From positions 1 to 64,000 of the forward strand of contig NIVC01001354.1 in NCBI GenBank assembly GCA_002269645.1: a stretch of DNA of 64,000 bases, given 5' to 3'. The first letter of the stretch is position 1, and each line of letters opens with the position of its first letter. The DNA is from Macrostomum lignano. Taxonomy: Eukaryota. Positions 1-13,800 of the stretch are shown piece by piece. Made by a program: the position numbers and the translations under genes. The notes under the pieces are model-generated. The model did no database searches. It had not been told where the DNA came from and worked only from the letters and a program-made list of their open reading frames with translations.

Positions 1-231
1 ATTAACTGATAAGGCGCTCATGAATGAGCGGCGGAAGGACAGCATTTAGAGAGAATGTGTTTGACTTGGGCGGCTGGCTTAGTGAGGGTCGGAAAAAGGT
101 GCGGTCTAAGAATAAATCGATAGTTACTGGGCGTCACATCACATCGCGTACAGTACAGGCCTAAGCAAATCTTTGTCTCTGCAGACTGATCCCGTCCATT
201 CTAATCTACAGTAGGATACCGGCTGAAAAGG

Positions 232-1020
232 AGAGACACGGGAGAGAGTGAGACACCGGGAGAGAGTGAGACACCGGGAGAGAGTGAGACACCGGGAGAG
301 AGTGAGACACCGGGAGAGAGTGAGACACCGGGAGAGAGTGAGACACCGGGAGAGAGTGAGACACCGGGAGAGAGTGAGACACCGGGAGAGAGTGAGACAC
401 CGGGAGAGAGTGAGACACCGGGAGAGAGTGAGACACCGGGAGAGAGTGAGACACCGGGAGAGAGTGAGACACCGGGAGAGAGTGAGACACCGGGAGAGAG
501 TGAGACACCGGGAGAGAGTGAGACACCGGGAGAGAGTGAGACACCGGGAGAGAGTGAGACACCGGAGAGAGTGAGACACCGGGAGAGAGTGAGACACCGG
601 GAGAGAGTGAGACACCGGGTGAGGAGAAAAGACACCGGGTGAGGAGAAAAGACACCGGGAGAGAGTGAGACACCGGGAGAGAGTGAGACACCGGGTGAGG
701 AGAAAAGACACCGGGAGAGAGTGAGACACCGGGAGAGAGTGAGACACCGGGTGAGGAGAAAAGACACCGGGAAGAGTGAGACACCGGGAGAGAGTGAGAC
801 ACCGGGTGAGGAGAAAAGACACCGGGAGAGAGTGAGACACCGGAAGAGAGTGAGACACCGGGTGAGGAGAAAAAACCGGGAGAGAAGGAGAGAGAAGGAG
901 AGACACTGTGTGAGGAGAAGAGACACCGGGTGAGAGGGAGATACTGGGGTGAGACACCGGGTGAGAGGGAGATACTGGGCTGAGACCGGGTGAGAGGGAG
1001 ATACTGGGCTGAGACACCGG
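232..1020. repeat. 18-bp minisatellite (GGGAGAGAGTGAGACACC) grading into a ~32-bp unit; GT32 intron, left arm
   Basis: Direct tandem copies visible; produces the HRERVR/LSPGVS ORFs. Confidence 0.95.
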
Positions 1021-1032
1021 GCAATGGCTCAC

Positions 1033-1538
1033 CTGCATGGCGCCAAAGACCAGGCTGGCATTGGCCAGCAGGTGGCGGAAGTCGCGCAGGCACTCGCAGT
1101 CCAGGTCGCAGTACAGGCCGCCATAGTGGTACATGTAGAACAGGCGGCTGACGTCAGCTCGCTGGACCCCCGGGGCCAGAGAGTCATAGCGCCTCAGAAA
1201 CCAGGGATAATGCCTCGCGATCAGCTGCCTGTTGTCCTCGTCGTCCACAGGCGCCGGCGAAAGTCCGGGAAGCAGGCGGAGAAGCTGCGGGACCATTCGG
1301 CGAACTGCTCGGGCAGCTTGCGGCTCGCCCAGGACTGGTGCACAATGCGCACCAGCGGCCCAGAGAAGCCGGTGCTGAAGTTCCCCGCCGGAGCGCTCAG
1401 CCGGTGGAAAAGCGGCGGAGGCGAGTCTGGCTGCCTCAGTGGGAGAAACGAGACAAATCGAACAACTATGAAGATGATGAAGGCCCAGATGCACGAGCTG
1501 AGTAAGAAGGCCCGCCGCGGTCGGCACAGCTTGTACAT
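1033..1538 (-). pseudogene. GT32 (DxD) glycosyltransferase exon 1, left copy, with a 1-bp frameshift as assembled; downstream exons lie outside the window
   Basis: ATG at 1538 (MYKLCRP...), donor GTGAGC at 1032. At ~1245 the sequence reads tggacgacgag versus tggaccgacgag in the right copy, splitting the frame between ORFs 1221..1559 and 139..1578. This may be a consensus error. Confidence 0.75.
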
Positions 1539-2159
1539 CACGCCTTGCCAGCTGAGCACTCAACTCAAGACGATGCACTCGCGAACGGTGGAACCGCTTC
1601 CTCTAGCCTATGTCTATGGCAGCAAAGCCCTCTCGATGAAGAACTGGGCATTGAAGTTTCGCATTGATTTTATTTATGCCTTATAAATACATTAATTGTC
1701 AGTATTAGGAAGTACACGAGGAATAGAAAATATAACTGTCGTATAAAAAAGTATGAAGCAAATGTGCATGTAGACTTCTATAACCAAGTCTAACACAGTT
1801 TTTAAGCCAGCCCCCCGCTTGTACATTGGCCACGGCCCACCGATACAGGCAGAGAAACTGCACTTGGCATCTGCCTGCCTGCTATTTGTCACATATAGAG
1901 CTCGCGAAAGCAAAATGTGTACAAAATAGCCAGACTGTGCGTGCGACCGCCTGCCATTGTGCTGAGTTTTTAATTCAGTGCGCGCCCTGCCACTCTTCAG
2001 TATTGGCGCATCTCTGTGCTTCCATTTTGGCCTGGCTTTGTCCGCTTGAAAAGTTTCCCGGCTCTCGGGGGCCTCGGAGCGCCCATCCTCAGGCCATCTC
2101 TGCCTCCTGCCTTGCTTGCCCTAGCCTACCATCTAAACCTGTCTGGTCACACAGCCTGC

Positions 2160-4150
2160 TCATCTGTCTTTTACCCTGTCTCCTCACCCTGTCTGTCTCC
2201 TTACCTGTCTCCTCAACCTGTCTGTCTCTTTACCTGTCTCCTCACCCTGTCTGTCTCTTTACCTGTCTCCTCACCCTGTCTCCTCACCCTGTCTGTCTCT
2301 TTACCTGTCTCCTCACCCTGTCTCCTCACCCTGTCTGTCTCTTTACCTGTCTCCTCACCCTGTCTCCTCACCCTGTCTCCTTATCCCCTCTCCCTTCTCT
2401 CCTTCACCCTTTGTCTCCTCTACCTTGTCTCCTCATCTGTCTACTGCTCCCCTTGTCTCCTTCACACCCAGTCTCCTCATCCCTTGCTCTCATCATCTCA
2501 CAATTCGCCAAAAGCAAAAAGCGAAAAGATTTTCCTTCAAAATTTTTACTGCAAGTTCTGCAACCCAAGTTTTCTGGATGCAAGAACAACCCCAAAAGTA
2601 GCAGTTGTCTGAAATGCAATTCTTTGTAGGATTAGAAGCAAAGAAGTGACTATAAGTTAAATGCTTCTGTTGAACTCGAAATAAGTTTTGTAAACTTATT
2701 AGAAATATGAGTGAAGTTTCCGGGAGTGTGGCGATTTTTACCGTGACGGGAATTTTTACAGTTTATTGACTGTGATAGCGGAGACCGAGGCAGGGGAGAA
2801 AGGGATAGAGGTGAGAGCAAGATGGAATGAGGGGAGAGAAAGTAGAAAGTCTCACGGTAGTAAGAAAGAGACAGGGTGAGAAGGAGACAGGGGGAGAAGG
2901 AGACAGGGGGAGAAGGGGACAGGGGGAGAAGGAGACAGGGGGAGAAGGAGACAAGATGAGAAGGAGACAGGGTGAGAAGGAGACACGGTGAGAAAGGAGA
3001 CAGGGTAAGAAGGAGACAGGGTGAGAAAGGAGACAGGGTAAGAAGGAGACAGGGTAAGAAGGAGACACGGTGAGAAAGGAGACAGGGTAAGAAGGAGACA
3101 GGGTAAGAAGGAGACAGGGTAAGAAGGAGACAGGGTAAGAAGGAGACAGGGTGAGAAAGGAGACAGGGTAAGAAGGAGACAGGGTGAGAAGGAGACAGGG
3201 GAGAAGGAGACAGGGTGAGAAGGAGACCGGGTGAGAAGGAGACAGGGTGAGAAGGAGACAGGGTGAGAAGGAGACAGGGTGAGAAGGAGACAGGGTGAGA
3301 ATGAGATGGGTGAGAAAGAGACAGGGTGAGAAGGAGATGGGTGAGAAGGAGACAGGGTGAGAAGGAGACACGGTGAGAAGGAGACAGGGTGAGAAGGAGA
3401 CAGGGTGAGAAGGAGACAGGGTGAGAATGAGATGGGTGAGAAAGAGACAGGGTGAGAAGGAGATGGGTGAGAAGGAGACAGGGTGAGAAGGAGACACGGT
3501 GAGAAGGAGACAGGGTGAGAAGGAGACAGGGTGAGAAGGAGACACGGTGAGAAGGAGACAGGGTGAGAAGGAGACAGGGTGAGAAGGAGACACGGTGAGA
3601 AGGAGACAGGGTGAGAAGGAGACACGGTGAGAAGGAGACAGGGTGAGAAGGAGACAGGGCGAGAAGGAGACAGGGTGAGAAGGAGACAGGGTGAGAAGAA
3701 GAAAGGGTGAGAAGGAGACAGGGTGAGAAGGAGACAGGGTGAGAAGGAGACCGGGTGAGAAGGAGACAGGGTGAGAAGGAGATGGGTGAGAAGGAGACAG
3801 GGTGAGAAGGAGACACGGTGAGAAGGAGACAGGGTGAGAAGGAGACAGGGTGAGAAGGAGACAGGGTGAGAATGAGATGGGTGAGAAAGAGACAGGGTGA
3901 GAAGGAGATGGGTGAGAAGGAGACAGGGTGAGAAGGAGACACGGTGAGAAGGAGACAGGGTGAGAAGGAGACAGGGTGAGAAGGAGACACGGTGAGAAGG
4001 AGACAGGGTGAGAAGGAGACAGGGTGAGAAGGAGACACGGTGAGGAGACAGGGTGAGAAGGAGACACGGTGAGAAGGAGACAGGGTGAGAAGGAGACAGG
4101 GTGAGAAGGAGACAGGGTGAGAAGGAGACAGGGGGAGAAGGAGACAGGGG
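2160..4150. repeat. Minisatellites: CTCACCCTGTCT-type (2160-2400) and 16-bp AGGGTGAGAAGGAGAC (2870-4150); shorter mirrors at 33,665-34,260 and 34,680-34,830
   Basis: Tandem copies; 16-aa periodic ORFs in all three frames. Confidence 0.93.
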
Positions 4151-4890
4151 GAATGAGATATTCATTTCGGAAAGCATGAGCAAATCATAAACTAAAAATA
4201 CATATTTTTATTTGTAGAAACATAGGTTGTCAATCTAATGTATCAGTGGAATATTATATATGTATGTTTTTGAAATATAAATTTTTTATTCTTTAGGACA
4301 CTTTCACACAGACGAGGCTCGCATGGGGGCAGGTTAATGTGTTTTACGATCGCATCGGAGATTTCATAAAGTTTTGACGAACAAAAATAAGAAAAGAAAG
4401 TTGATTAGTAAATTTCTCAGGGTCTCGGATAGAAGTGGGGGTTTCGCACATCTAATTGACAGGTGAAAAGGTGCTAGTAGTAAAAATAAATTCCCATGCG
4501 CAAACGGTTTGTTACTTTGCGAGGCTCACAAAGTAGGAACAAAAAGCAGACAGAGGCGCGAGAGAGAGAGAGAGAGACGGGAACATTTATTATTAATATT
4601 GTATAACTGGTTTGAAAAATAAGCGAAAATTCACTTTGTCACAAAATGAATGCCAGAGAAAAAACACGGATCAGTCAGAGATTTAATGACAGCAGGGACA
4701 CAGCGAGTCACACACAGAGTTTATGTTTGTCGGTCTTTATTGACCGGGCTGGCGGCTGCTCAAAAGTAAAACCAACTCGGCTATTGTGCGATCGATTTTC
4801 AATAAACAAACAACATCCTTGATGAGTTTCTGTTCGATAATTCAAGCCAGCCAGCCCCCCAATCCCGGCCGAGTTCGGTGCTCAAGCTGC

Positions 4891-7800
4891 TCACTCCACG
4901 GTGCCAGGCGGCGTGAACTTCTCAGTCCGCGGCGTGCCCGGCCTGTCCGCCTCCGTCTCCACGCCCAGGTTGGCGCTGCTGCTGCGCAGGGAGCGGGCGG
5001 AGCCGGCCTGCAGGCGGGCGCGGCTGTTCGAGGTCTCTTCTTCATCGTCCGAGTCGCGCTGCTGCTTCTTCGGCTTGCCGGAGTAATAGACCGGGGCGCT
5101 GGGCTGCTGCTGCTGCTGCTCTTGCGGCTTCTTCCCCTTCTGCTTCGGCGAGGAGGCGCTCTTGGGCACGATGGCCACCTGGCTGCCGGTCTCGAAGCTG
5201 GTCTTGCTGGAGTTCTGCGGGTGGGCGTTGCGGGCAGAAATATAGTTATTTTAGTTAGTGAACTCAAGTACATGTACTAATCTGACTGTGAGAGGATGTC
5301 ACTGGAGTCTCTTTGAAGCTAAATGCTCTAGTGGCTACAGTGGTATGATGGCGCTTACGATGTCCTGAACTCCGGTGATGCTGACAGAGGACGAGGCCAC
5401 GCTGGAGCGGCTGCGGCGCAGGCAGATGACCTCCCTGAAGTCCGGGTTGAACAGGCCGAAGCAGACGAACACCCAGATGCCCTGGGAGGCGTTGAAGATG
5501 ACGAAGAAGTACTCTATGGGGATGTTGTACCACTGCACCAGCAGGATGCCGAACAGCCAGGCGATGATCATCAGCGGGATGAGGAAGGCGCACTGGTGCG
5601 TGTGATTGCGCAGGTCGTTCAGGATATCTTTCCGCTTGATGGCCGGCTCGCTCAGGTTGCAGACCACGATCAGGCAGACGAGCAGCGACAGGCAGCCGAA
5701 GGCCACGAGCGGGCCCAGGAAGGCCCAGATGTAGACGCCGGTGATCCAGCAGTGGGGGCCGCCGTAGGCGCCGCTGTTGATGCCTCCGACGATGCCGACG
5801 ATGACCACGGGAATGAGCCAGGCCACGGGCAGCCACCACTTTAGGCGGCCGCGGATGATGCCCTTGGTGACGGCGTAGAACACCCAGAGCGACTCGATGA
5901 ACAGCATGGCGAAGGTGGCCACGAAGAACAGGTGCATGATGATGGCGATCGCCTTGCAGAAGTCCGCGTTGTCGCGCGCGATCTGCGTGAACAGGAAGGC
6001 CAGCTGGGCCACGAACAGGGCGCCCGCCAGGTTCAGATGGATGATGTAGCGCTCGCCGCGCAGCCTCTTACTGCAGGCAATCACAATGATGAAGATGAGC
6101 AGGCAGATGAGCGACAAGATGATGAGGATGTAGGTCAGGATGCTGAGGATCCTGGCGTGGATGTTGTCCTCAGCCTGCGGCACGGGCTGCATGAGGATGG
6201 CGAAGCTGGTCATGTGGTCGCAGCGACAATTCACCGAGTCCTCGTCCTCGGAGTCCTTGTAGCAGCCCTCGGTGGACCACTTGTTCTCAGTCGGGTGCCA
6301 GAAGGCGCAGCGTGTCTCGTACTTCAAGGTGCCCTCCTTCTTCTTGAGGTTCGGGTCCAGCAGCATGAGGGTGAAGTTCACCGGCTTGGGCGACACCGGC
6401 AGGCTGAGCCATAGAGACATGACGCGGCTGTTCACCTTCAGCTCGATGGTGCTGTTGACGATGTTCGAGTAGGTCGTTTCGTTGGTAGCCGAGTACGAGA
6501 GCAAATTTTCAACGCCGTCGTAAACGACGCAGACCATCAGGAAGTCGGAGACCGACGATGAAGCCAGGAAGTTCGGGATGTGCACCGCGTCCTTGGTCTT
6601 CTTCCAGTTTTTGTGCGTCTTGTCGTAGTAGCCGATCCGGTTGTTCTCCTTGCCTGAGCAGCCGGGCCCGATCTTCTGCGTGCTCCAGTGCATCCCGCCC
6701 TCCGTCAGCAACACGGGCGAGCAATCGGTTTTCACGTTGCCAGCTAGCCGTATGGCGAAATTTTCAATGGAAGCGAAGATCGTCGCCGGGTTGATTGCGC
6801 CCTTGTCCACCAGGCCGCGGTAGCTGTCGGTGAATTTGGGGTCCAGGACGGCGCTGAACGCGCGGCTGAACTCCTTGACCGTAGCCAACAAGGTGTCGTT
6901 GTCCACCGTGCTGGGAATGACCAGGTTGTCGCAGACGCGGGTCAGGATGTTGAGCGAAGACTGGATGAATCCCTGGGACACGCCTTTGGTCTTAGCCGTG
7001 TTGTAGATCACTCCGCAGGCTGTTTCGGTCTCAGTCAAGCTAGAGAACAGCTGGCCGCTCAGGTCAATGACGGCGACGTTGTCGAAGCGCGGGTCCAGGC
7101 ACATGTTGTTCTCGATGGCCGACATGCAGGAGCTGGCGTTTTCGGGCATGCAGCTGGCCTCCAGTGTGGCTGTCGGCGTTGAGCAGTCGCCGGTGATCAG
7201 CTTCCTGTTTTTGTTCGGGTCCAGACAGTTCAGCGGCGACTCGTTCCAGATCACCAGATCGCTCGCCACAATCTGGACCGACGGGCTGCCAAAGCTGACT
7301 GTGGAGCCAGTCGGGAGGGGCAGGTCGCGGGCGCTGAACTTGGTCGCAGCCCTGACGCGAATGCCGTTCTGGTACAGCTCGATGGCGTCGGAGCCCACGC
7401 TGATCGCGACATTCACCCACGTGTCGAATGCGACTTGGTCATGGTGCTTGCTGCCCTCGACGCGGCGGGACTTGCCATTGAGGTTGGCATCTGCCACAAT
7501 GATGAAACCTTTGTTGTCGTCCTTCATGATTTTAACCTGCACGCCCTGCGCGGCATCGAAGCCGGTGTTGAACACCTCGACTTCGGTGTTGACGCTCAGA
7601 CCGCTCGCCACCTTGAGCCAGAAGGAGAGCACAACGCCCTCCGGGCAGCCGGCGGCGGTGAAGAAGCACGCGTCCGTGCCGATGTCGACGCTTTCCTTCT
7701 GGCTGAAGAGCCGACTTTGGTTCGGCTTGTTGGCGTAGTTGGTCTGTCCGGCTGAGTACAGCGGGACATGCACCGTCTGCTGCTCGTAGCAGTTCGCCGG

Positions 7801-10800
7801 GCCGACGTTCAAGTCTAGAGAGCCGGAGCTGCCCAGCAACTGGTACATGAACATGACTTCACTGAAGCAGGCGGAGAGAGCGTTTGTGACGTTGTTGTTC
7901 ACCTTGCCGAGTTGTCCGTCGGAAAAGGTGGCATTGTCGTTCCACTCCTGCCAGCAGGTGGAGTTGGCGCCCACCCGACTGGAGATGGTCTCCTCATTCA
8001 CCTTGATCGCGATGGCCGCCTCGCTGTACCATCGCACCTGGAGCTGGATCCATTCTGTGTAGTTGAACGGGACCATCGCCTCGCAGGTCTTGTTTGCACT
8101 GCGGACAGTGGCGATGAGGAAGCCCTCGCTGCTAATGGAGATCGCTGTGCCGAGGTGGCCAGCGTTTTGCCCGCCAGAGCTGAACACGTACTTCCTGCCT
8201 GGTGTTGTCGGCATCCTTGGCTTAAAGTTAATGGTCAGAATGTAGGCTTTGCAGGGAGCAGTGTTCTGCAGGCAGGAGTCTTGCAGGTCACCCAAAGAGA
8301 TGTAGGAGCCGCCCGAGCCGGTGGTGCACATCGCGCCGCTCTCCATGTCGTACTTGTCATTGTCCAACTGCACGTTGACGCCCTGCAATGGTCGCGGCTG
8401 CAGCGAGTTCCACAGGCCGGAGACGGTCCAGAATTCATCGGACATGCCAATGAGCTCGTACTGGCTGGATTGGATGCCCAGCATCTGGTTCATGTGGTTC
8501 TTCAGCACCGTGGCGCCGTACCAGCCGCTCACTATGTAAGCCAGGAAGGAGCCCGACGAGGTCGCTTCAGCGTTATTCGCGCCCAGCTTCAGGGTTCCGG
8601 GAGCGGTGTTGTCAGACACTGCTGGGTTCACGCTGGTGTACTCCAAGCTCATGCTCACGTTTGTGCCATTCAGAAAGATGGTCGGGTAGAAGGTGTTCTT
8701 GTTCAGCAGCAGGCCCAGGTTCAGCCAGCGGTTCAAGCGCACCTTTACGCCCGACTTCGTGACCATTTTGTAGCTCTGGCCGGACCGCTTGACCCAGGCG
8801 CGTAGAGTATTGTCGCTGGCGATGCTCAGGCCGAAGCCCTCCTTACTGTCGCTCTCGCTGCCCAGTGACAGCACAGTGAAGGACGTGTCGTTGGCCTTGC
8901 TGCGCACTTGGATCCAAGTGCTGAGCAGCACCTGGAATTTGCAGTCGCTGAGGCTTCGCGGACACTCGTTAGCCTTGTAGGCCTTCACTCCGACCTCGCC
9001 GTTGGTGTTGATCATGGCGTAGCCCGAGTAGCTGCTGACGAAGCCGTTCGGCCCGATGGGAACTCCGTACAGCCACGCCTGCTTCATCAGCGGGAAGTCC
9101 GTGTCGATGACGTCTTCGCCGTAGACCAACAGGTCGGCGGAAGCGTAGTACCTGTTATTGATGCTGCCCACCGACCGGGCGAACTCCTCCGGACTCATCC
9201 ACTTGTCGTAGAACACAACGTCGCTGAAGGCGAAATTTCCCATCACCCACTCCGAGTTGGACTTCCAGGTGCTGTTCTGATCGTCGTCAAACCTGCCGAT
9301 CACCGCCCGGGTGTGCTTGTCGTACGCCTTGTAGCTCACGTCGGGGTGCAGGTTCTTGATTCCGTAGTCGGTTCCGTTGAGGAAGAGCCGCATGCCCTCC
9401 TGCTCGCGCCAGGTGAAACCGATGTTGAACCACTCGTTGAGGTCGTACCTGTTGCTGTCAATCACGATGGCCCAGTCGTTTCTGTCGGTGGAGAGAGAAA
9501 CTCCGAGCAGGTTCCCGGTGGTGAACAGGCTGATCCCGCGCGAATCCAGCGTGGACGACCGGGCATCGCCGAGATCTCCGGACGAGAAGAAGAACTGCTT
9601 TTTGATTGGGTCAATCGACTTGATGTTGATCCACATGTGCATGGACAGGCCGCTGATCTGGCACTGGCGCTGGTAGGGATCCGTGATGCATTCTCCGTAC
9701 CACATGATGCTCTTCTCCGTGGGGGTCTTGGCGAACTCGTTGCCCAGGAAGATCTGGCCGTGCCAGTTTCCGTCCAGCCTGGTGGCCATTGACTTGTTGT
9801 AGCGGTCCGGCTCGAACTTGATGGCGCTGCCGATGATGCCGGCCGAGTTCAGGCGGTACTGCGACTTCAGGCGGTAGTTCGACGGCCCGTTCAAGGCGAT
9901 GCCGTCCGCCAGCACGAATTCGTCGGTGGTCCAGTAGAAGGTGGACTCCCGGATGTGCCTGAGCTGGTCACGGGTGTAGCCAAGGAACCTGTGCGCCTCA
10001 AAGTCTTCTAGCGGGTGGTACCAGACGGCCAGGTCGTTGAACAGGACGCCGATCGGAGCGGTGCTCGAGCCCAGAGTCACCTTTCCCAGGTGAGTATCAA
10101 GCGGGCTGCCGGTGAACTCTGTCGTGCTGCCGACGTTGATGCCGTTCACGTAGCCAGTCAGCACCGGGATAGAGCCGCGCGTGTCGTACACGATGCCGAT
10201 GTTTGTCCACTGCTTGAACTTGATGCGCGCGGTGATCTGCCGAGCGCCCGCCTGAACGCGCAGGGTCACGTCGCCGCTGCTGCTGTTGCACACCGTCACG
10301 GAGATGACGTTGAATCGAATCACCTCCATGATGATGGTCGGCAGCTGCTGGAACGGCCCGATCCACATGGACATCGAGATGCCGCCATTCGTGCAGCTGG
10401 CGTTGTTGCCGAGGCACACGGTGTCGAAGCCGCTGATTGTGAACATGGCCGGCGTGCTGGTGAATTTGAAGTGCGCGAGTCCCGTGCTGTTGCGGCTGTT
10501 CTCCTCCGTCACGGTGATGTTGTTGACTGCTGCGGACACGTTGCCTTGGAGATCGTAGCCTCTCAGGTAGTAGTCGGCCATGGCGTAGAACGGGTTCGGG
10601 TCGCCGGCGTCCAGCCGGGCCTCCTTGAGGATGCTGGAGTAGGGGAAGGCCGGCGTCGGCGCGGTGGTCGGCACGGCGGTCGTGGCCGGGGCCTGGTACT
10701 TGATCAGCTTGTACACTGGTGGCGGAGGCGGCGGGGGTGGCGATGCGTATTATCCTTGCGGATCTAGTCTCTGCGGATCTAGTCTCTGCGGATCTAGTCT

Positions 10801-13800
10801 CTACGGATCTGGTCTCTGCGGATCTAGTCTCTGCGGATCTAGTCTCTACGGATCTGGTCTCTGCGGATCTAGTCTCTGCGGATCTAGTCTCTACGGATCT
10901 GATCTCTGCGGATCTAGTCTCTGCGGATCTAGTCTCTCTCCGGATCTAGTCTCTGTAGATCTAGTCTCTACGGATCTAGTTTCTGCGGATCTAGTCTCTG
11001 CGGATCTAGTCTCTACGGATCTAGTCTCTGCGGATCTAGTCTCTGCGGATCTAGTCTCTCTCCGGATCTAGTCTCTGTAGATCTAGTCTCTACGGATCTA
11101 GTCTCTGCGGATCTAGTCTCTGCGGATCTAGTCTCTGCGAATCTAGTGTCTGCGGATCTAGTCTCTGTGGATCTAATCTCTGCGGATCTAGTCTCTGCGG
11201 ATCTAGTCTCTATGGATCTAGTCTCTGCGGATCTAGTCTCTGCGGATCTAGTTTCTGCGGATCTAGTTTCTGCGGATCTAGTCTCTGCGGATCTAGTTTC
11301 TGCGGATCTAGTCTCTGTGGATCTAATCTATGCGGATCTAGTCTCTGCGGATCTAGTCTCTATGGATCTAGTCTCTGCGGATCTAGTATCTACGGATCTA
11401 GTCTCTGCGGATCTAGTCTCTATGGATCTAGTCTCTGCGGATCTAGTCTCTGCGGATCTAGTTTCTGCGGATCTAGTGTCTGCGGATCTAGTCTCTGCGG
11501 ATCTAGTTTCTGCGGATCTAGTCTCTGTGGATCTAATCTCTGCGGATCTAGTCTCTGCGGATCTAGTCTCTATGGATCTAGTCTCTGCGGATCTAGTATC
11601 TACGGATCTAGTCTCTGCGGATCTAGTCTCTGTGGATCTAGTCTCTGCGGATCTAGTCTCTACATCAGCTCACCGAGAGCTCCGGTCAGCAGGATGAGAT
11701 TCTCCTGCTGGATTGGCCACAGCCAGATGGCCGGGTGGATGACGATGGCCTTCAAGAAGCTCTTGCTGCCGGTCGGGGTCAGCTCGCAGCCCATCACAAT
11801 GTCCGTGGCCGCGGGGCCCTGCGCGTTGGGCTCTGAGTAGGTCGCTGAATAGTAGAATGTTCTGACATCGCTGTCGATGTAGATCTGAAATGATTGAGGG
11901 CAGATGATGTCGCTAGATTTTTGCGTTCGAAAATCACAGAATTTTGCACAATGCAGGCACAGAATCTCACCTGAATGATGCCGGTGGATCTCTCCCAGGT
12001 GAAGCCGAGGAGGCGCCATTTAAAGACTTTCATGTCGAAATTGTCGACACTGGCGATCCAGCGGCCCTTGGCGCCGACCACCAGGACTGTCAGCTTGCCG
12101 AGCTCGACATAGAACTGGAAGCCCTGGCCGCTGTCAGACACTGCGGTGGGGCGCGAATAATGCTTAGAACTGTGATCAGAGCTCCAGGACCTTTCTCATT
12201 GTCAGACATGTACACACTCATGCCATTCCCATTGTCAGACATGTACACACTCATGCCATTCTCATTGTCAGACATGTACACACTCATGCCATTCCCATTG
12301 TCAGACATGTACACACTCATGCCATTCTCATTGTCAGACATGTACACACTCATGCCATTCTCATTGTCAGGCATGTACACACTCATGCCATTCTCATTGT
12401 CAGGCATGTACATACTCCGTTCCAGTCATGAAGTAAGGCCAGTTATGAGCTCACGCGTGGACAGCAGGACCTCCTTCAGCACTGTATCGTAGGTGAAGTT
12501 CACCCAAACGGAGGCGCTCAGGCCATAGTCGCATTTCTCCGGCTCCTGCAGGCAGGCGCGGCCGTACGGCGCGTCATTGACGAGCTTGCCCAGAGTGATG
12601 CAGGTGTCGCTGGTTCCGACGCACTTCACCGCCTTGCTGTCGGAGGCGTCCAGGCCGGTTTCCAGGCTCACTTTGAATGACAGCTCGCCGTTGAGGGCGT
12701 TAGTGATGTTGTCAGCTTCGGTGAAGCCGGGCACGTTCACGGTCAGGTCTTCGTCCGGGCAGTCAACGCAGCAGCTGGTGTCAAGTCCTGAGGCCGTGCC
12801 AGTCATTGAGTTATTGCATTTGTCATTGAAGGACTTCCGCCTCTTTTTAACCTGCTCGCGAACGAAGGTATTTGAGGCGCCGTTGTCGTAAAACTTCTTG
12901 TCGCTGTTGAACTGCCAGTAGTGGTTGCAAGTTGCCCAGTAATTGATGCCTGAAATGCGTTTGTGCATGGGAATGGGCTGTGATTTCAAATTCGTCATAT
13001 CGGAGACCCGTAACCAGTTTACACCTGGAGACACCTGCCCTAATGGCAGATGTGCAACCTGCAATGCAGAGTTAAGTGTCTTGTCCTGTTCCGACCAGGT
13101 CGAGAATCGAAGCCACGACCTTTCAGTCGTGATTCCGACGCTCTAACCATTAAGCTACAACCCCTGCTTGCATAGTAACTTATATTTAGTCACTGACGCT
13201 GGGTTATTAATTAGTTAATACCAATTTCAGATTCATAAAGAGCAAATTCTCAATTTCGTCGACCATTTGATAGCTAGTTTGAAATAGAAGTTGTAAAGGC
13301 CACAGAATCAGGTTCAGCACTCACGGTAGCGATTCTCCCTGACTGGCGGGAACGCTCGCTTCGGGATGTACGGAGTGGTGGTCGGCGGCACCGTGCTGAC
13401 TGTGGTGGTATCTGCGGAAGAGGTCAAAGGAATGGAAGTCGCTGTCGAGCTTATGCTAGCTGTAGTACTGGTAGTAGCACCGGTTGCAGACTCGGAAGTT
13501 GTCAGCGGCACGAACGTGGTCGTCTGCGTGATGGTGGTTGTGCCTGTTGTTGCGTCTGTTGTTGTGCCTGCTGTTGTGTCTGTTGTTGTGTGGCTCAGAG
13601 TTTCTGTGTTAAACTCTACTGTAGTAGTGTTTGGCGTTGTTGTGACTATTGTGGTGTCTATTGTTGTGCTGGTGTCTGTTGTTGTTGTTGTTACTGTTGT
13701 CAATGTGCCATATTCTGTTGTCGGTGTTGTGGTTGTTGTCGGTGTTGTGGTTGTTGTCGGTGTTGTGGTTGTTGTCGGTGTTGTGTGTTGTGGTTGTTGT

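Noticed and set aside
139-4183. Long ORFs of 240-480 aa (139..1578, 2650..4038, 2763..4067, 2852..4183 and others)
   Set aside because: They are translations of 16-18-bp minisatellites open in several frames. Only the GT32 exon portion is real coding sequence.
5375-10767. Many 60-300-aa antisense and off-frame ORFs overlapping the aGPCR (and mirrors at 27-32 kb)
   Set aside because: This is an expected by-product of GC-rich codon usage, and none has a recognisable domain. They were used only as an identity check between arms.
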